Source: Chloroflexota bacterium
GTDB lineage: Bacteria > Chloroflexota > Limnocylindria > Limnocylindrales > CSP1-4
Length of the DNA stretch: 64,000 bases
Reading direction: 5' to 3'
Assembly (NCBI GenBank): GCA_040755495.1
Contig: JBFMAT010000001.1
Location: 101,009-165,008 of the forward strand
Positions 26,285 through 34,503 of the stretch are shown here, piece by piece (the stretch's first letter is position 1; the number at the start of each line of letters is the position of its first letter). Below the pieces are notes generated by a model, which did not search any database, was not told where the DNA came from, and worked only from the letters and a program-made list of their open reading frames with translations. A program made the translations under genes and the position numbers.

Positions 26285-26473
26285 CGGGACGGGCACGGGG
26301 GACGCCTCCGGGATGCGCAGCCAGTGCGCGGAACGGTACCGTCTCGGCGGGCGCCCGTGGCGGCCGCGCAACGGGTCCGGAGGGGGAGGATTTCGGGACG
26401 CCCGGCCCATCGCAGGCGGCGGCCCGGCACCGATGCTCGACGGTGACGCAACCAGCAGGCGAGGAACGACGAC

Positions 26474-27715
26474 ATGACGGGAGCGGCGACGGCGGGCACC
26501 GACACGGACGCGAGCCCGGCCTCGGCCTCGGCGGCGGCGATCGCCGAGGTCGAGGCCCACACCGCCGCCAACTACCACCCGTTGCCGGTCGTCCTCGCCC
26601 ACGGCGACGGGGCGTGGGTCACCGACGTCGAGGGCAAGCGGTACCTCGACCTGCTCGCCGGGTACAGCGCGCTCAACTTCGGGCACCGCCATCCCCGCCT
26701 GGTCGCGGCCGCCGAACGCCAGCTGGGCCGCCTGACGCTGACCAGCCGCGCCTTCCACAACGACCAGCTCGGGACGTTTGCCCGCGAGCTGGCGGCCCTG
26801 TGCGGGATGGACGCGATCCTGCCCATGAACACCGGCGCGGAGGCCGTCGAGACCGCGCTCAAGCTGGCCCGCAAGTGGGGCTACGAGGTCAAGGGCGTCC
26901 CCGCCGGGCAGGCGAAGATCGTCACCTTCGGCGGCAACTTCCACGGCCGGACGATCACGATCGTCAGCTTCTCGGACGACCCGGCGGCGACCGAGGGCTT
27001 CGGGCCGCCGACCCCCGGGTTCATCAGCGTTCCGTACGGCGACGCCGCGGCCCTCGAGGCCGCCATCGACGACGACACCGTGGCCGTCCTGCTCGAGCCG
27101 ACCCAGGGCGAGGCCGGCGTGATCATCCCGCCCGCCGGGTTCCTGGCCGCGGTCCGCCGGCTGTGCACAGAGCGGCGCGTCCTGATGCTCGCCGACGAGA
27201 TCCAGTCGGGCCTCGGGCGGACGGGCGCCACGTTCGCCTGCGACCACGAGAGCGTGCGGCCCGACGCGTACATCCTGGGCAAGGCCCTGGGCGGCGGGAT
27301 CCTGCCGGTGTCGGCGGTCGTGGCGTCCGCGGAGCTCATGGGCCTGTTCCGGCCGGGCCAGCACGGCAGCACGTTCGGCGGCAACCCGCTGGCCTGCGCG
27401 GTGGGGATCGAGGTCGTCCGGATGCTGTCCACGGGCGAGTACCAGGCCCGGGCGCGCGAGCTGGGGGTCGTCCTCGCGGAGCTGCTCACGGGACTGCCGC
27501 GGGACCGCGTGTCGGCCGTCCGGACGCGGGGCCTGTGGGCGGGCATCGACGTCATCGGCCGGACCGGCCGCGACGTGTGCGAGGGCCTGATGCGCCGCGG
27601 CGTGCTGGCCAAGGACACGCATGGGGCCACGATCCGGCTCGCGCCGCCACTGGTCATCGAGCGCGCCGACCTCGAGTGGGCCGTCGGCCAGCTGCGCGAG
27701 GAGCTGGGCGGGTAG
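26474..27715 (+). CDS. rocD: Ornithine--oxo-acid aminotransferase (class III)
   Basis: ORF 26474..27715, with GAGGAA upstream. Contains NYHPLPVVL...GYSALNFGHRHP...LTLTSRAF...DEIQSGLGRTG...LGKALGGG. Confidence 0.8.
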   Translation: MTGAATAGTDTDASPASASAAAIAEVEAHTAANYHPLPVVLAHGDGAWVTDVEGKRYLDLLAGYSALNFGHRHPRLVAAAERQLGRLTLTSRAFHNDQLGTFARELAALCGMDAILPMNTGAEAVETALKLARKWGYEVKGVPAGQAKIVTFGGNFHGRTITIVSFSDDPAATEGFGPPTPGFISVPYGDAAALEAAIDDDTVAVLLEPTQGEAGVIIPPAGFLAAVRRLCTERRVLMLADEIQSGLGRTGATFACDHESVRPDAYILGKALGGGILPVSAVVASAELMGLFRPGQHGSTFGGNPLACAVGIEVVRMLSTGEYQARARELGVVLAELLTGLPRDRVSAVRTRGLWAGIDVIGRTGRDVCEGLMRRGVLAKDTHGATIRLAPPLVIERADLEWAVGQLREELGG

Positions 27716-27774
27716 GCGACGTGGGGGCGTGGTAGCGTTTGGGAGCGCTGCCCGGGTGACCGGGAGAGCCGCCG

Positions 27775-27850
27775 GCGGGAGTAGCTCAGCTGGCAGAGCG
27801 GCAGCCTTCCAAGCTGCATGTCGCGGGTTCGAACCCCGTCTCCCGCTCCA
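27775..27850 (+). tRNA. tRNA-Gly (anticodon UCC), CCA encoded
   Basis: Hand-folded cloverleaf: GCGGGAG/TA/GCTC/AGCTGGCA/GAGC/G/GCAGC/CTTCCAA/GCTGC/ATGTC/GCGGG/TTCGAAC/CCCGT/CTCCCGC/T/CCA. Total length 76 nt. Confidence 0.9.
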
Positions 27851-28907
27851 ATCCTCGCCGCAGCTCCCGATTGCGCAGCCGCTGGCGCTCCCACTCCGCG
27901 AAGTCCTTCGGGGGATGGACGATCTCGGCCTCCGGCTTGCGTTCCAGCCGGGCGACGTCATTCGGGCAACCCGTCACGCACAGGCCGCATCCGATGCAGC
28001 GACTGCGGTCCACGACCGAGAACCCGTCCCCCTCGGAGATCGCCCCCACCTGGCAGCGCTCGATGCAGGTGCCGCAGTCCGCGCAGAACTCCGGGTCGAT
28101 GACCGCGTAGTAGTTGGCGTACGCCACCGAGTCCGCGATGCCGAACTCCGTGATGCCGCGCAGGATGCCGCAGCAGCAGCCGCAGCAGTTGCAGACGTAG
28201 CCGACGCCCTCGGCCACGTTGCTGACGGTGTGGACGAGCCCGACCTGCTCGGTCATATCCAGGAGCGCGAGTGCCTCGGCATGGGTGATGTCGCCCGGCC
28301 GGGGAGCGCGTTCGCGCCCGGCGAAGCTGAGGCAGACCCTGGTCGGGTAGGCGCACGTGTCGCCCAGCTGCTCCTGCTGGAGCCGGCAGATGCAGTCGTT
28401 CAGCGAGAACGTCTTCTGCTCGAGGAGGAGGGTGCGCACGTCGTCGTAGGGCAGGATCGCCTCGGACTTGACGGCGCCCTCCGCCGGGACCACCCGGTGC
28501 AGCGCCGGCTGGGGCTGCATGATCCCCCGGGCACCGCCGCCGGCGAAGTAGTCCTCCACGAGGTGGGCCAGCTCATGGTCCATCAGCTCGGCCTGCGCCT
28601 CGTACAGGCCGACGACGAAGGGCGCCAGCCGGACGCGGACCTCCCCGTCCCGCTTGTCCAGCCAGACGATGCCCCGCCGGACCAGCTTGAACAGCGCCCG
28701 GCTGACCTCGCCGGGGGGTCTCCCGGTCCGGGCGGCGACGGCCTCCACGGGCTCGAAGGTCCCGGTCAGGCAGCCGGCCAGGGCGGCCTCCTGGGGCGAA
28801 CAGATCTTCTCGAGGATCCGGATCTCGAGCCCGGATTCCGTCTTCGGATAGCCGTTGGGAAGCCGGTCGAGGGCGTCTGCCAGGAGCCGGTAGGGCTCGT
28901 CACGCAT
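27786..28907 (-). CDS. 4Fe-4S dicluster domain protein with N-terminal wHTH-like region and a CNCCGCCC motif
   Basis: ORF 27786..28997 trimmed to the ATG at 28907 (MRDEPYRLLADALDRLPNGYP...). Contains CICRLQQEQLGDTC, YVCNCCGCCCG, CADCGTCIERC and CIGCGLCVTGCP. The last ~22 codons are antisense to tRNA-Gly. Confidence 0.7.
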   Translation of the reverse strand: MRDEPYRLLADALDRLPNGYPKTESGLEIRILEKICSPQEAALAGCLTGTFEPVEAVAARTGRPPGEVSRALFKLVRRGIVWLDKRDGEVRVRLAPFVVGLYEAQAELMDHELAHLVEDYFAGGGARGIMQPQPALHRVVPAEGAVKSEAILPYDDVRTLLLEQKTFSLNDCICRLQQEQLGDTCAYPTRVCLSFAGRERAPRPGDITHAEALALLDMTEQVGLVHTVSNVAEGVGYVCNCCGCCCGILRGITEFGIADSVAYANYYAVIDPEFCADCGTCIERCQVGAISEGDGFSVVDRSRCIGCGLCVTGCPNDVARLERKPEAEIVHPPKDFAEWERQRLRNRELRRGLERETGFEPATCSLEGCRSAS

Positions 28908-29009
28908 TGCTCGGGCTCTGGTGGCTTGATGCCGCCGCAGGAGGCGGCGTGGCTGCGCCCGACCGTGCGCCGGTGGCCGGTGCGGGGCCAGAGGCATTCG
29001 TCGTGAACG

Positions 29010-29372
29010 TCAGGTGCGTCGATCCCGCCGGATGCCGCGGACGTGGAGGAGCAGCCCGAAGGTGAGGAGCGGGATCGACCACTGGGGGATCGTCCGCGCG
29101 ATCGGGTCCGGCAGGAAGATGTCCGACACGGAGCCCGAGACCGCCCCGTAGCGCTCCGCGAGCGGGGTGAGGGGGCAGATCCGTGAGTTGCCCAGCCACA
29201 CCACGCCCTCGACGGCCACGAGCGCCGCCGCGATCGCGACGCTCCGGTCCCGCCGGCCCGTGATCCCCGTGAACACGATCCACAGGATCGACCCCAGCTC
29301 GACCAGGAACACGGCCGAGTGGAGCCCGCGGATCGCCGCCAGCGTGGCGCGGCGGTGGATCGTCAAGGTCAT
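29010..29372 (-). CDS. Small membrane protein (possibly DUF2784-like, CPLT motif)
   Basis: ORF 29010..29513 trimmed to the ATG at 29372, which has a strong GAGGAGG upstream. Three hydrophobic segments are present, plus NSRICPLTPLAERY. Confidence 0.45.
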   Translation of the reverse strand: MTLTIHRRATLAAIRGLHSAVFLVELGSILWIVFTGITGRRDRSVAIAAALVAVEGVVWLGNSRICPLTPLAERYGAVSGSVSDIFLPDPIARTIPQWSIPLLTFGLLLHVRGIRRDRRT

Positions 29373-29696
29373 GGGATCCTCCTCAGAGGGGTGCAGGGTC
29401 GCCCGCCGGGGGCCGTCCGCGACAGGGCCGACGGTCACGACGAGGGCGCCGGGCCGACGGATCCTCACCACCCCGGATGCTTGACCCCGCAACGAGGGCT
29501 GGTACCCTTGCACACGTGATCGCGTTCGCCCCCACGGGCTGTATGGACCGGCAGTGCTCCTGTCGTCGGCGAGTGCCGGCGGGAGTCGAGCGCGCGGTCC
29601 GTCGCTAGCGACCGCAGCTCACCCTCCGGGCCTCGCACCCTCGTCGATCGGCGTGCCCACGCGCGCCGCGTTCCCCTTCGACCCGGAGTCGTCGTC

Positions 29697-30200
29697 GTGT
29701 CCATCCTCACGCCACCCGCCCGTTCCATCGACCCACGCGGCCAGCGCTTCGGCGCCGGCGTGTCCGCCATCGTGCTCGGGGTCGCCTTCGTCCTCGGCCT
29801 GCCGTGGCTGGCGCTCCTGGTGGGCGTCAACCTCGCGGTCTCGTCCGCGTTCGGCACGCGCCTGTTCCTGCCGGGCCGCGCGTGGCCGCTCGTCCGGCGC
29901 TCGCTCCGCCTGGGCCGGGCCGAGCCCGAGCACGAGTACCCGCCACGGTTCGCGCAGGCCCTGGGCGCCACGTTCCTGGGCCTCGCGGGGGTCGGCTTCA
30001 TCGCGGGTGCGCCGGCGCTGGGCTGGCTGCTCGCGGGCGCGGTGGCCGCCCTGCAGACGCTGCTCGCCGTGACCGGGATCTGCGTAGGCTGCCGGCTGTA
30101 TTTCCTGCGCTGGTGGGTCCCGTCGCAGTTCGCTCGGCTGGTTCGCCGGGCCGACGCACTCCAGGCGCTCGACGTGCCGGCCCTCAACCGGATCGGGTAG
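29697..30200 (+). CDS. DUF4395 domain-containing membrane protein
   Basis: ORF 29697..30200 (GTG start). Contains RGQRFGAGVSAIVLGVAF...LAVTGICVGCRLYF. Confidence 0.65.
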   Translation: MSILTPPARSIDPRGQRFGAGVSAIVLGVAFVLGLPWLALLVGVNLAVSSAFGTRLFLPGRAWPLVRRSLRLGRAEPEHEYPPRFAQALGATFLGLAGVGFIAGAPALGWLLAGAVAALQTLLAVTGICVGCRLYFLRWWVPSQFARLVRRADALQALDVPALNRIG

Positions 30201-30328
30201 GGCCCGGGGCGGGCGCCGGGTGGTCGCGGCCCCGCCGCCGGTCGCGGCCCGCCGCCGTCGGCGCCCCGCCGGACGCGGCCCGCCGCCGCTGCGTCGCCGA
30301 CCCGCCGCCCCGCCGTCGGCGCCCCGCC

Positions 30329-30476
30329 GGTCGCTGGGAGACCCAACGGTCGCACCGTGCGACGGTTCGGTCGCCGGCCGCCCGGTTCGTCGCGTGGATC
30401 GGTCCAGCGGTGCAACGAACGCGGCGCTGGGCGACCGGTCCGTCTCGCCGCGCGCCCGTTCGGTCGCTGGGCGACC
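30329..30476. repeat. Four-hairpin intergenic element, copy C (148 nt)
   Basis: GGTCGCTGGGAGACC (30329-30343), GGTCGCCGGCCGCCC (30369-30383, degenerate), CGGCGCTGGGCGACC (30422-30436) and GGTCGCTGGGCGACC (30462-30476). Aligns without gaps to 63702-63849. Confidence 0.65.
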
Positions 30477-30558
30477 GGGGAGCGGCGCCCGGTGAGCGGC
30501 GACGAGGGGCGGCGACGAGGAGCGGCGCCCGGTGAGCGGCTCCCGCGGCCCACCCAGG

Positions 30559-31416
30559 CTATTCGAGCCCGTGGGCCTCGAGCAGCGCCTCGTCCGCGAG
30601 CAGGCGATCGGTCGGCCCGTCGGCCACGACCACGCCCTCGTCCACGATCACCGTCCGCGGGAACACCTCGGCGACCAGCCGCAGGTCGTGCGTCGACACC
30701 AGCAGCGTCTGCGCGAGGCCGCGGAGCAGCCCGATCAGCTCCCGCCGCCCGCGCGGGTCGAGACCCGCCGACGGCTCGTCGAACACGAGGATCGACGGGT
30801 CCATCGACAGCACGGTGGCCAGCGCGACGCGCTTGCGCTGGCCGAGCGACAGCCGGTGCGGGATCCGGTGGGCGTGCGCCGCCATCCCCACCGCGGCCAG
30901 GGCCCGCTCGACGCGGGCGTGGATCTCGGCCGACGGCAGGCCCATGTGGAGCGGGCCGAAGGCGACGTCGTCGAACACGGTGGGGCTGAACAGCTGGTCG
31001 TCGGGGTCCTGGAACACGAGGCCCACCTCGGACCGGACGCGCCGGATGGTGTCCCTGCCGACCGCCAGCCCGGCCACCCGCACCGTGCCGTGCTCCGGGC
31101 GCAGGGTGCCGTTGAGCTGGAGCATCAGCGTGCTCTTGCCCGCCCCGTTGGGGCCGACCAGCGCGACCTTCTCGCCGGCCTCGATCCGGAGGTCAACGCC
31201 CCGCAGGGCCTCGAACCCGTCGGGATAGCGGAAGTGGACGTGCTCCAGGACGACGCTGCCGCGGCCATCGGGCGGGCGGCCATCCGGCGAGGCATCACCA
31301 GGCGCCGCGCCACCGGTCGACGAGCCCGGCGCGCTCTCGTCGGCGGCCTCGTGCGCGTGCGGGTGCGCGTGCGCGCCCGCGCCGTCGTGCTGGTGCACGT
31401 GCTCGTGGACGGTCAC
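30559..31416 (-). CDS. cbiO: ECF-type Ni/Co transporter ATPase with His-rich N-terminal tail
   Basis: ORF 30559..31485 trimmed to the GTG at 31416, which overlaps the cbiQ stop (GTGA). Walker [10 protein letters not shown], signature LSLGQRKR, Walker B ILVFDEP. The N-terminus reads [23 protein letters not shown]. Confidence 0.85.
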   Translation of the reverse strand: MTVHEHVHQHDGAGAHAHPHAHEAADESAPGSSTGGAAPGDASPDGRPPDGRGSVVLEHVHFRYPDGFEALRGVDLRIEAGEKVALVGPNGAGKSTLMLQLNGTLRPEHGTVRVAGLAVGRDTIRRVRSEVGLVFQDPDDQLFSPTVFDDVAFGPLHMGLPSAEIHARVERALAAVGMAAHAHRIPHRLSLGQRKRVALATVLSMDPSILVFDEPSAGLDPRGRRELIGLLRGLAQTLLVSTHDLRLVAEVFPRTVIVDEGVVVADGPTDRLLADEALLEAHGLE

Positions 31417-32153
31417 AGCCGGGGCAGCCAGCTGATGGCGACGAGCGCCCACGCCGCGAGCGCGAGCAGCAGCCCGGCCAGCCACGCGACCTCCACCCGG
31501 TGGAGCGGGCGGGTGCGCAGGTGCCGGAACTCGCCCTCGAAGCCGCGCGCCTGCATCGCCGCGTAGATGCGCTCGCTCCGCTCGTACGCGCGCAGGAACA
31601 GCGAGCCGACCATCCGGCCGGTCACCGTCGCGCGCCAGCGGATCGAGCCGCCGCCGCGGCCGTCAGGCCCACCCGCGGAGCGCGCGTCGCGGGCGCGGAG
31701 CATCCGCGAGCCCTCGTCGGCGAGGACCGCGAGGTAGCGGTACATGAACGAGATGATCGCGATCAGGATCCGTGGCAGGCGGAGCTCGCGGAGCGCGTCG
31801 ACGAGGTCGTGGAACGGCGTGGTGAACGCGAGCAGCAGCGCCACCTGGACGGACAGCCAGCTGCCGACGGCGATCGTCAGGAAGCGGCGCAGTCCCTCGG
31901 CCGAGATCGAGAGGTCCAGCGGGCCCAGCACGACGGTCCCGAGGACCTGCTCCGGCACGGTGAACACGAGGGGGAACGCCGCCAGCGTGAATGGCAGCGC
32001 GATTGCCGCCGAGCGCGACAGCCGGAACGGCCCCAGGCCCGCCGTCGCCGAGCACGCGACCAGCACCAGCCACACGATCCCGAACGCGAGCGCCGAGCCG
32101 ATCGGCAGCAGCGAGATCGTCAGGATCGCGGCGATGGTCAGGACGAACTTCAC
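31413..32153 (-). CDS. cbiQ: ECF transporter T component (CbiQ family)
   Basis: ORF 31413..32153. Multi-pass membrane protein containing ...[15 protein letters not shown].... Confidence 0.8.
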   Translation of the reverse strand: MKFVLTIAAILTISLLPIGSALAFGIVWLVLVACSATAGLGPFRLSRSAAIALPFTLAAFPLVFTVPEQVLGTVVLGPLDLSISAEGLRRFLTIAVGSWLSVQVALLLAFTTPFHDLVDALRELRLPRILIAIISFMYRYLAVLADEGSRMLRARDARSAGGPDGRGGGSIRWRATVTGRMVGSLFLRAYERSERIYAAMQARGFEGEFRHLRTRPLHRVEVAWLAGLLLALAAWALVAISWLPRL

Positions 32154-32222
32154 GCGGGCATCGGCCCGGTGGAACGGGCTCGTGCCCTCGACGTAGCGGT
32201 CGAGCTCCAGCGGTCCGCGCCC

Positions 32223-32555
32223 CTACGCCCTGCGGCGCGCGAGCAGGCGGCCCAGCACGACGATGGCGACGACCACGATCGCGAGGCCCACGAGGCCGGA
32301 AACGATCGTGGACACCGCCGGGTCGTCGATGCCCGGGATGGCGTAGCCCGAGAACAGGCCGCCGACGACGTTCTGGGCACGGTCGAGGAATCCCTGGTCC
32401 TCGGCGACGCGCTCGAGGCCATCAGGGTCCGACGACGCGAGCGGGGCGAGGACCACGACGACGAGCGCGGCGATCGCCAGGCCGGCGAGCCACCAGCGGC
32501 GACCCGGCCGGCGGCCGGCCGACGGGGCGGGGGAGGGCTGCGGGGTCATCGTCAT
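32223..32555 (-). CDS. PDGLE domain protein (CbiN-like accessory component)
   Basis: Last 110 codons of ORF 32223..32984. The ATG at 32555 overlaps the cbiM stop (ATGA). Layout: TM helix, SSDPDGLERVAEDQGF, then a C-terminal TM helix. Confidence 0.7.
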   Translation of the reverse strand: MTMTPQPSPAPSAGRRPGRRWWLAGLAIAALVVVVLAPLASSDPDGLERVAEDQGFLDRAQNVVGGLFSGYAIPGIDDPAVSTIVSGLVGLAIVVVAIVVLGRLLARRRA

Positions 32556-33280
32556 CCGCCCTGGATCGCCAGCGGCCGGGCGTCGCCGCCATGGCGCAGC
32601 TCCAGCAGGTCCCGGCGCGTGGTGGCGATGAACCCGATCGCCGCGGCGGTGATCAGGGCCTCGCCGATGCCGATCAGCACGTGGGCCCCGACCATCGCCG
32701 GCAGGACGACCTCGAGCGGCGACGTGCCCGACACCGCCAGCTGGAGCGACATCGAGATCGCGCCCGCGACGACCGAGACCCAGCCCGCGACCGCGGCCGC
32801 CGGGAGCCGGCCGCGCGCCTCTCCGCCGAACAGCCCCGCCAGCGCGCGGTACAGCGCGTACCCGCCGAGGGTGCCGATGACCCCCATGTTGAAGATGTTC
32901 GCGCCCATGACGACCAGGCCGCCGTCCGAGAACACGAGCGCCTGGACCGCGACCACCGCGGTCATGACCAGCGTGGCGGTCCACGGGCCCAGGAGCACCG
33001 CGGCCAGCACGCCACCCAGCAGGTGCCCGCTGGTGCCGCCCGCGACCTGGAAGTTGAACATCTGGGCCGCGAAGATGAACGCGGCCATGACGCCCATCAG
33101 CGGCACGGCCCGCTCGTCCAGGGTCCGGTTCGTCCGGCGGACGGCGATGGCCACGACGATCGCCGTGACGACCCAGAAGGCGACCGACACGGGGACGGAC
33201 AGGAACCGGTCCGCGGCATGCAGGGCGGGGGTCGGGTCACCGCCGGCGATCGGTGCGACGGCGATGGCGTAGGCGTTCAT
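32552..33280 (-). CDS. cbiM: ECF transporter substrate-capture component CbiM/NikM
   Basis: ORF 32552..33409 trimmed to the ATG at 33280. Contains FNFQVAGGTSGHLLGG, ...FSDGGLVVMGANIFNMG..., ...HVLIGIGEALIT. The conserved MH-type N-terminus appears only as internal L20-H21 (see findings). Confidence 0.8.
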   Translation of the reverse strand: MNAYAIAVAPIAGGDPTPALHAADRFLSVPVSVAFWVVTAIVVAIAVRRTNRTLDERAVPLMGVMAAFIFAAQMFNFQVAGGTSGHLLGGVLAAVLLGPWTATLVMTAVVAVQALVFSDGGLVVMGANIFNMGVIGTLGGYALYRALAGLFGGEARGRLPAAAVAGWVSVVAGAISMSLQLAVSGTSPLEVVLPAMVGAHVLIGIGEALITAAAIGFIATTRRDLLELRHGGDARPLAIQGG

Positions 33281-33329
33281 GTGCGGGTGTGCTCCGGAGC
33301 GCGGGGACGGGACCGGCTGTGCCTCGGGA

Positions 33330-33392
33330 ATCGTAGTCGCGCCACGTCGTTGTTGCAAGTGCTTGCAACAACCCAGTGGCTCACCGGATACT
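33330..33392. promoter_or_regulatory. Divergent cbiM / fur-family promoters sharing a perfect 24-bp palindrome (Nur-box-like)
   Basis: Palindrome GTTGTTGCAAG-TG-CTTGCAACAAC at 33349-33372, with TTGCAA half-sites at 33353-33358 and 33363-33368. Minus strand: TTGCAA, 17 nt, TACGAT (33335-33330). Plus strand: TTGCAA, 18 nt, GATACT (33387-33392), with the ATG at 33400. Confidence 0.6.
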
Positions 33393-33399
33393 ACGCGCC

Positions 33400-33882
33400 A
33401 TGACGGCATCCGGATCAGCCGCGCGAAGCACCCAGCCCGGCGAGGGCGCGCCGTGGGCGACCGTGCGCGAGCGACTCCACGACCGTGGGCTGCGCTGGAC
33501 CCCCCAGCGCCGGGTCCTGATCGAGGTGCTGTCCCACAGCGACGGCCACGTCACGGGCGCCGAGCTCGTGGAGCGCTGCCGGGCCGTGGATCCCACGACG
33601 ATCCCGTCGACCGTGTACCGGACCCTGGACGTGCTGGAGGACCTCGGCATCGTGCGCCACGCGCACGGCATCGACGGCCGCGAGGAGTACCACGTGCTGC
33701 CCGTCGCCGACCACGGGCACCTGCACTGCACCGCCTGCCGCCAGACGTGGGAGATCGACGCCGCCGAGGCGGCCGCCCTGGTCAGCGTGCTGTGCGAGCA
33801 GCGGTCGTTCGAGGTGAACCTGTCGCACCTCTCGATCAGCGGGCTGTGCGCGGGCTGCCGCGAGGCGGCCGGCGGTCGGTGA
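33400..33882 (+). CDS. Fur-family metalloregulator (candidate nickel-responsive Nur-like)
   Basis: ORF 33376..33882 trimmed to the ATG at 33400. Contains RWTPQRRVLIEVL...TVYRTLDVLEDLGIV...HLHCTACRQ...ISGLCAGC. Confidence 0.8.
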   Translation: MTASGSAARSTQPGEGAPWATVRERLHDRGLRWTPQRRVLIEVLSHSDGHVTGAELVERCRAVDPTTIPSTVYRTLDVLEDLGIVRHAHGIDGREEYHVLPVADHGHLHCTACRQTWEIDAAEAAALVSVLCEQRSFEVNLSHLSISGLCAGCREAAGGR

Positions 33883-34140
33883 CCAGGGCGACTCGAGGTG
33901 TTGCCGGGATCGGCGACAGGCGGATGGCGGCCCGGAGCGGCCGGTTGCTCGCCCGCTGCTTCGGGTGCCGCAACCTGATGTCACCGAGCCCGCGAGATGC
34001 CGCCCGCAAGGTGGTTTGCGGCTTGGGCTGCCGCGCCTGGCGGTCGGGGCCTCGGAATCGCGGCGTGGGAGACAGCGGCCACGCCCACCGGGAGGCAGAG
34101 CCAGGAGTGCGCGCGCGGCTGGGCCCCGCGCCGGCCGGCC

Positions 34141-34476
34141 TCAGCGGCTGGAGCGGTAGATCAGCACCTGGACGCGCTCCAGCGTCACGAGGCCGCCGCC
34201 GATCATCGGCTCCAGCTCGTCCAGCACCGGCCGCAGCCGGGACTCCTCGTCCACGACCTCGAGCAGGATCGGCAGGTCCTCGGACAGGGCGAGGATCCGC
34301 GTCGTGTGGACCCGCGACGAGCGGCCGAACCCCTCGATGCCCTTGAACACGGACACGCCGCGGATCCCGCGCTCGCGCAGGTGCCGCACGATCGCGTCGT
34401 ACAGCGGCCGGCCCTCGTACGTGTCGGACTCGCCGATGTAGATCCGGGCGAGGAGCGCCTCTCCCTCGATGGTCAT
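34141..34476 (-). CDS. DUF190 (PII-like) domain protein
   Basis: ORF 34141..34476. Contains LLARIYIGESDTYEGRPLYDAIVRHLRERGIRGVSVFKGIEGFG. This family is commonly found next to crcB. Confidence 0.75.
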   Translation of the reverse strand: MTIEGEALLARIYIGESDTYEGRPLYDAIVRHLRERGIRGVSVFKGIEGFGRSSRVHTTRILALSEDLPILLEVVDEESRLRPVLDELEPMIGGGLVTLERVQVLIYRSSR

Positions 34477-34503
34477 CGGGACCTCCTCACGGCAGCAGTC
34501 CCC

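Noticed and set aside
29601-29612. Perfect 12-bp palindrome GTCGCTAGCGAC in the divergent region upstream of the DUF4395 gene. Also CCGGCGCGCGCCGG at 2482-2495.
   Set aside because: Short GC-rich palindromes are expected by chance in DNA of this composition, and there is no supporting promoter context or repetition.
27775-30200. tRNA-Gly as the attachment site of an integrated element or genomic island.
   Set aside because: No integrase, excisionase or phage/plasmid genes lie nearby. I found no direct repeat of the tRNA 3' end downstream, and the composition of the neighbouring genes matches the rest of the window.
33281-33399. Possible cobalamin riboswitch upstream of cbiM (GGTGAGCCACTG resembles part of the B12-element core).
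   Set aside because: The whole intergenic region is only ~120 nt and is occupied by two promoters and the palindrome. I found no B12 box or the multi-helix core. The match is a short coincidence.
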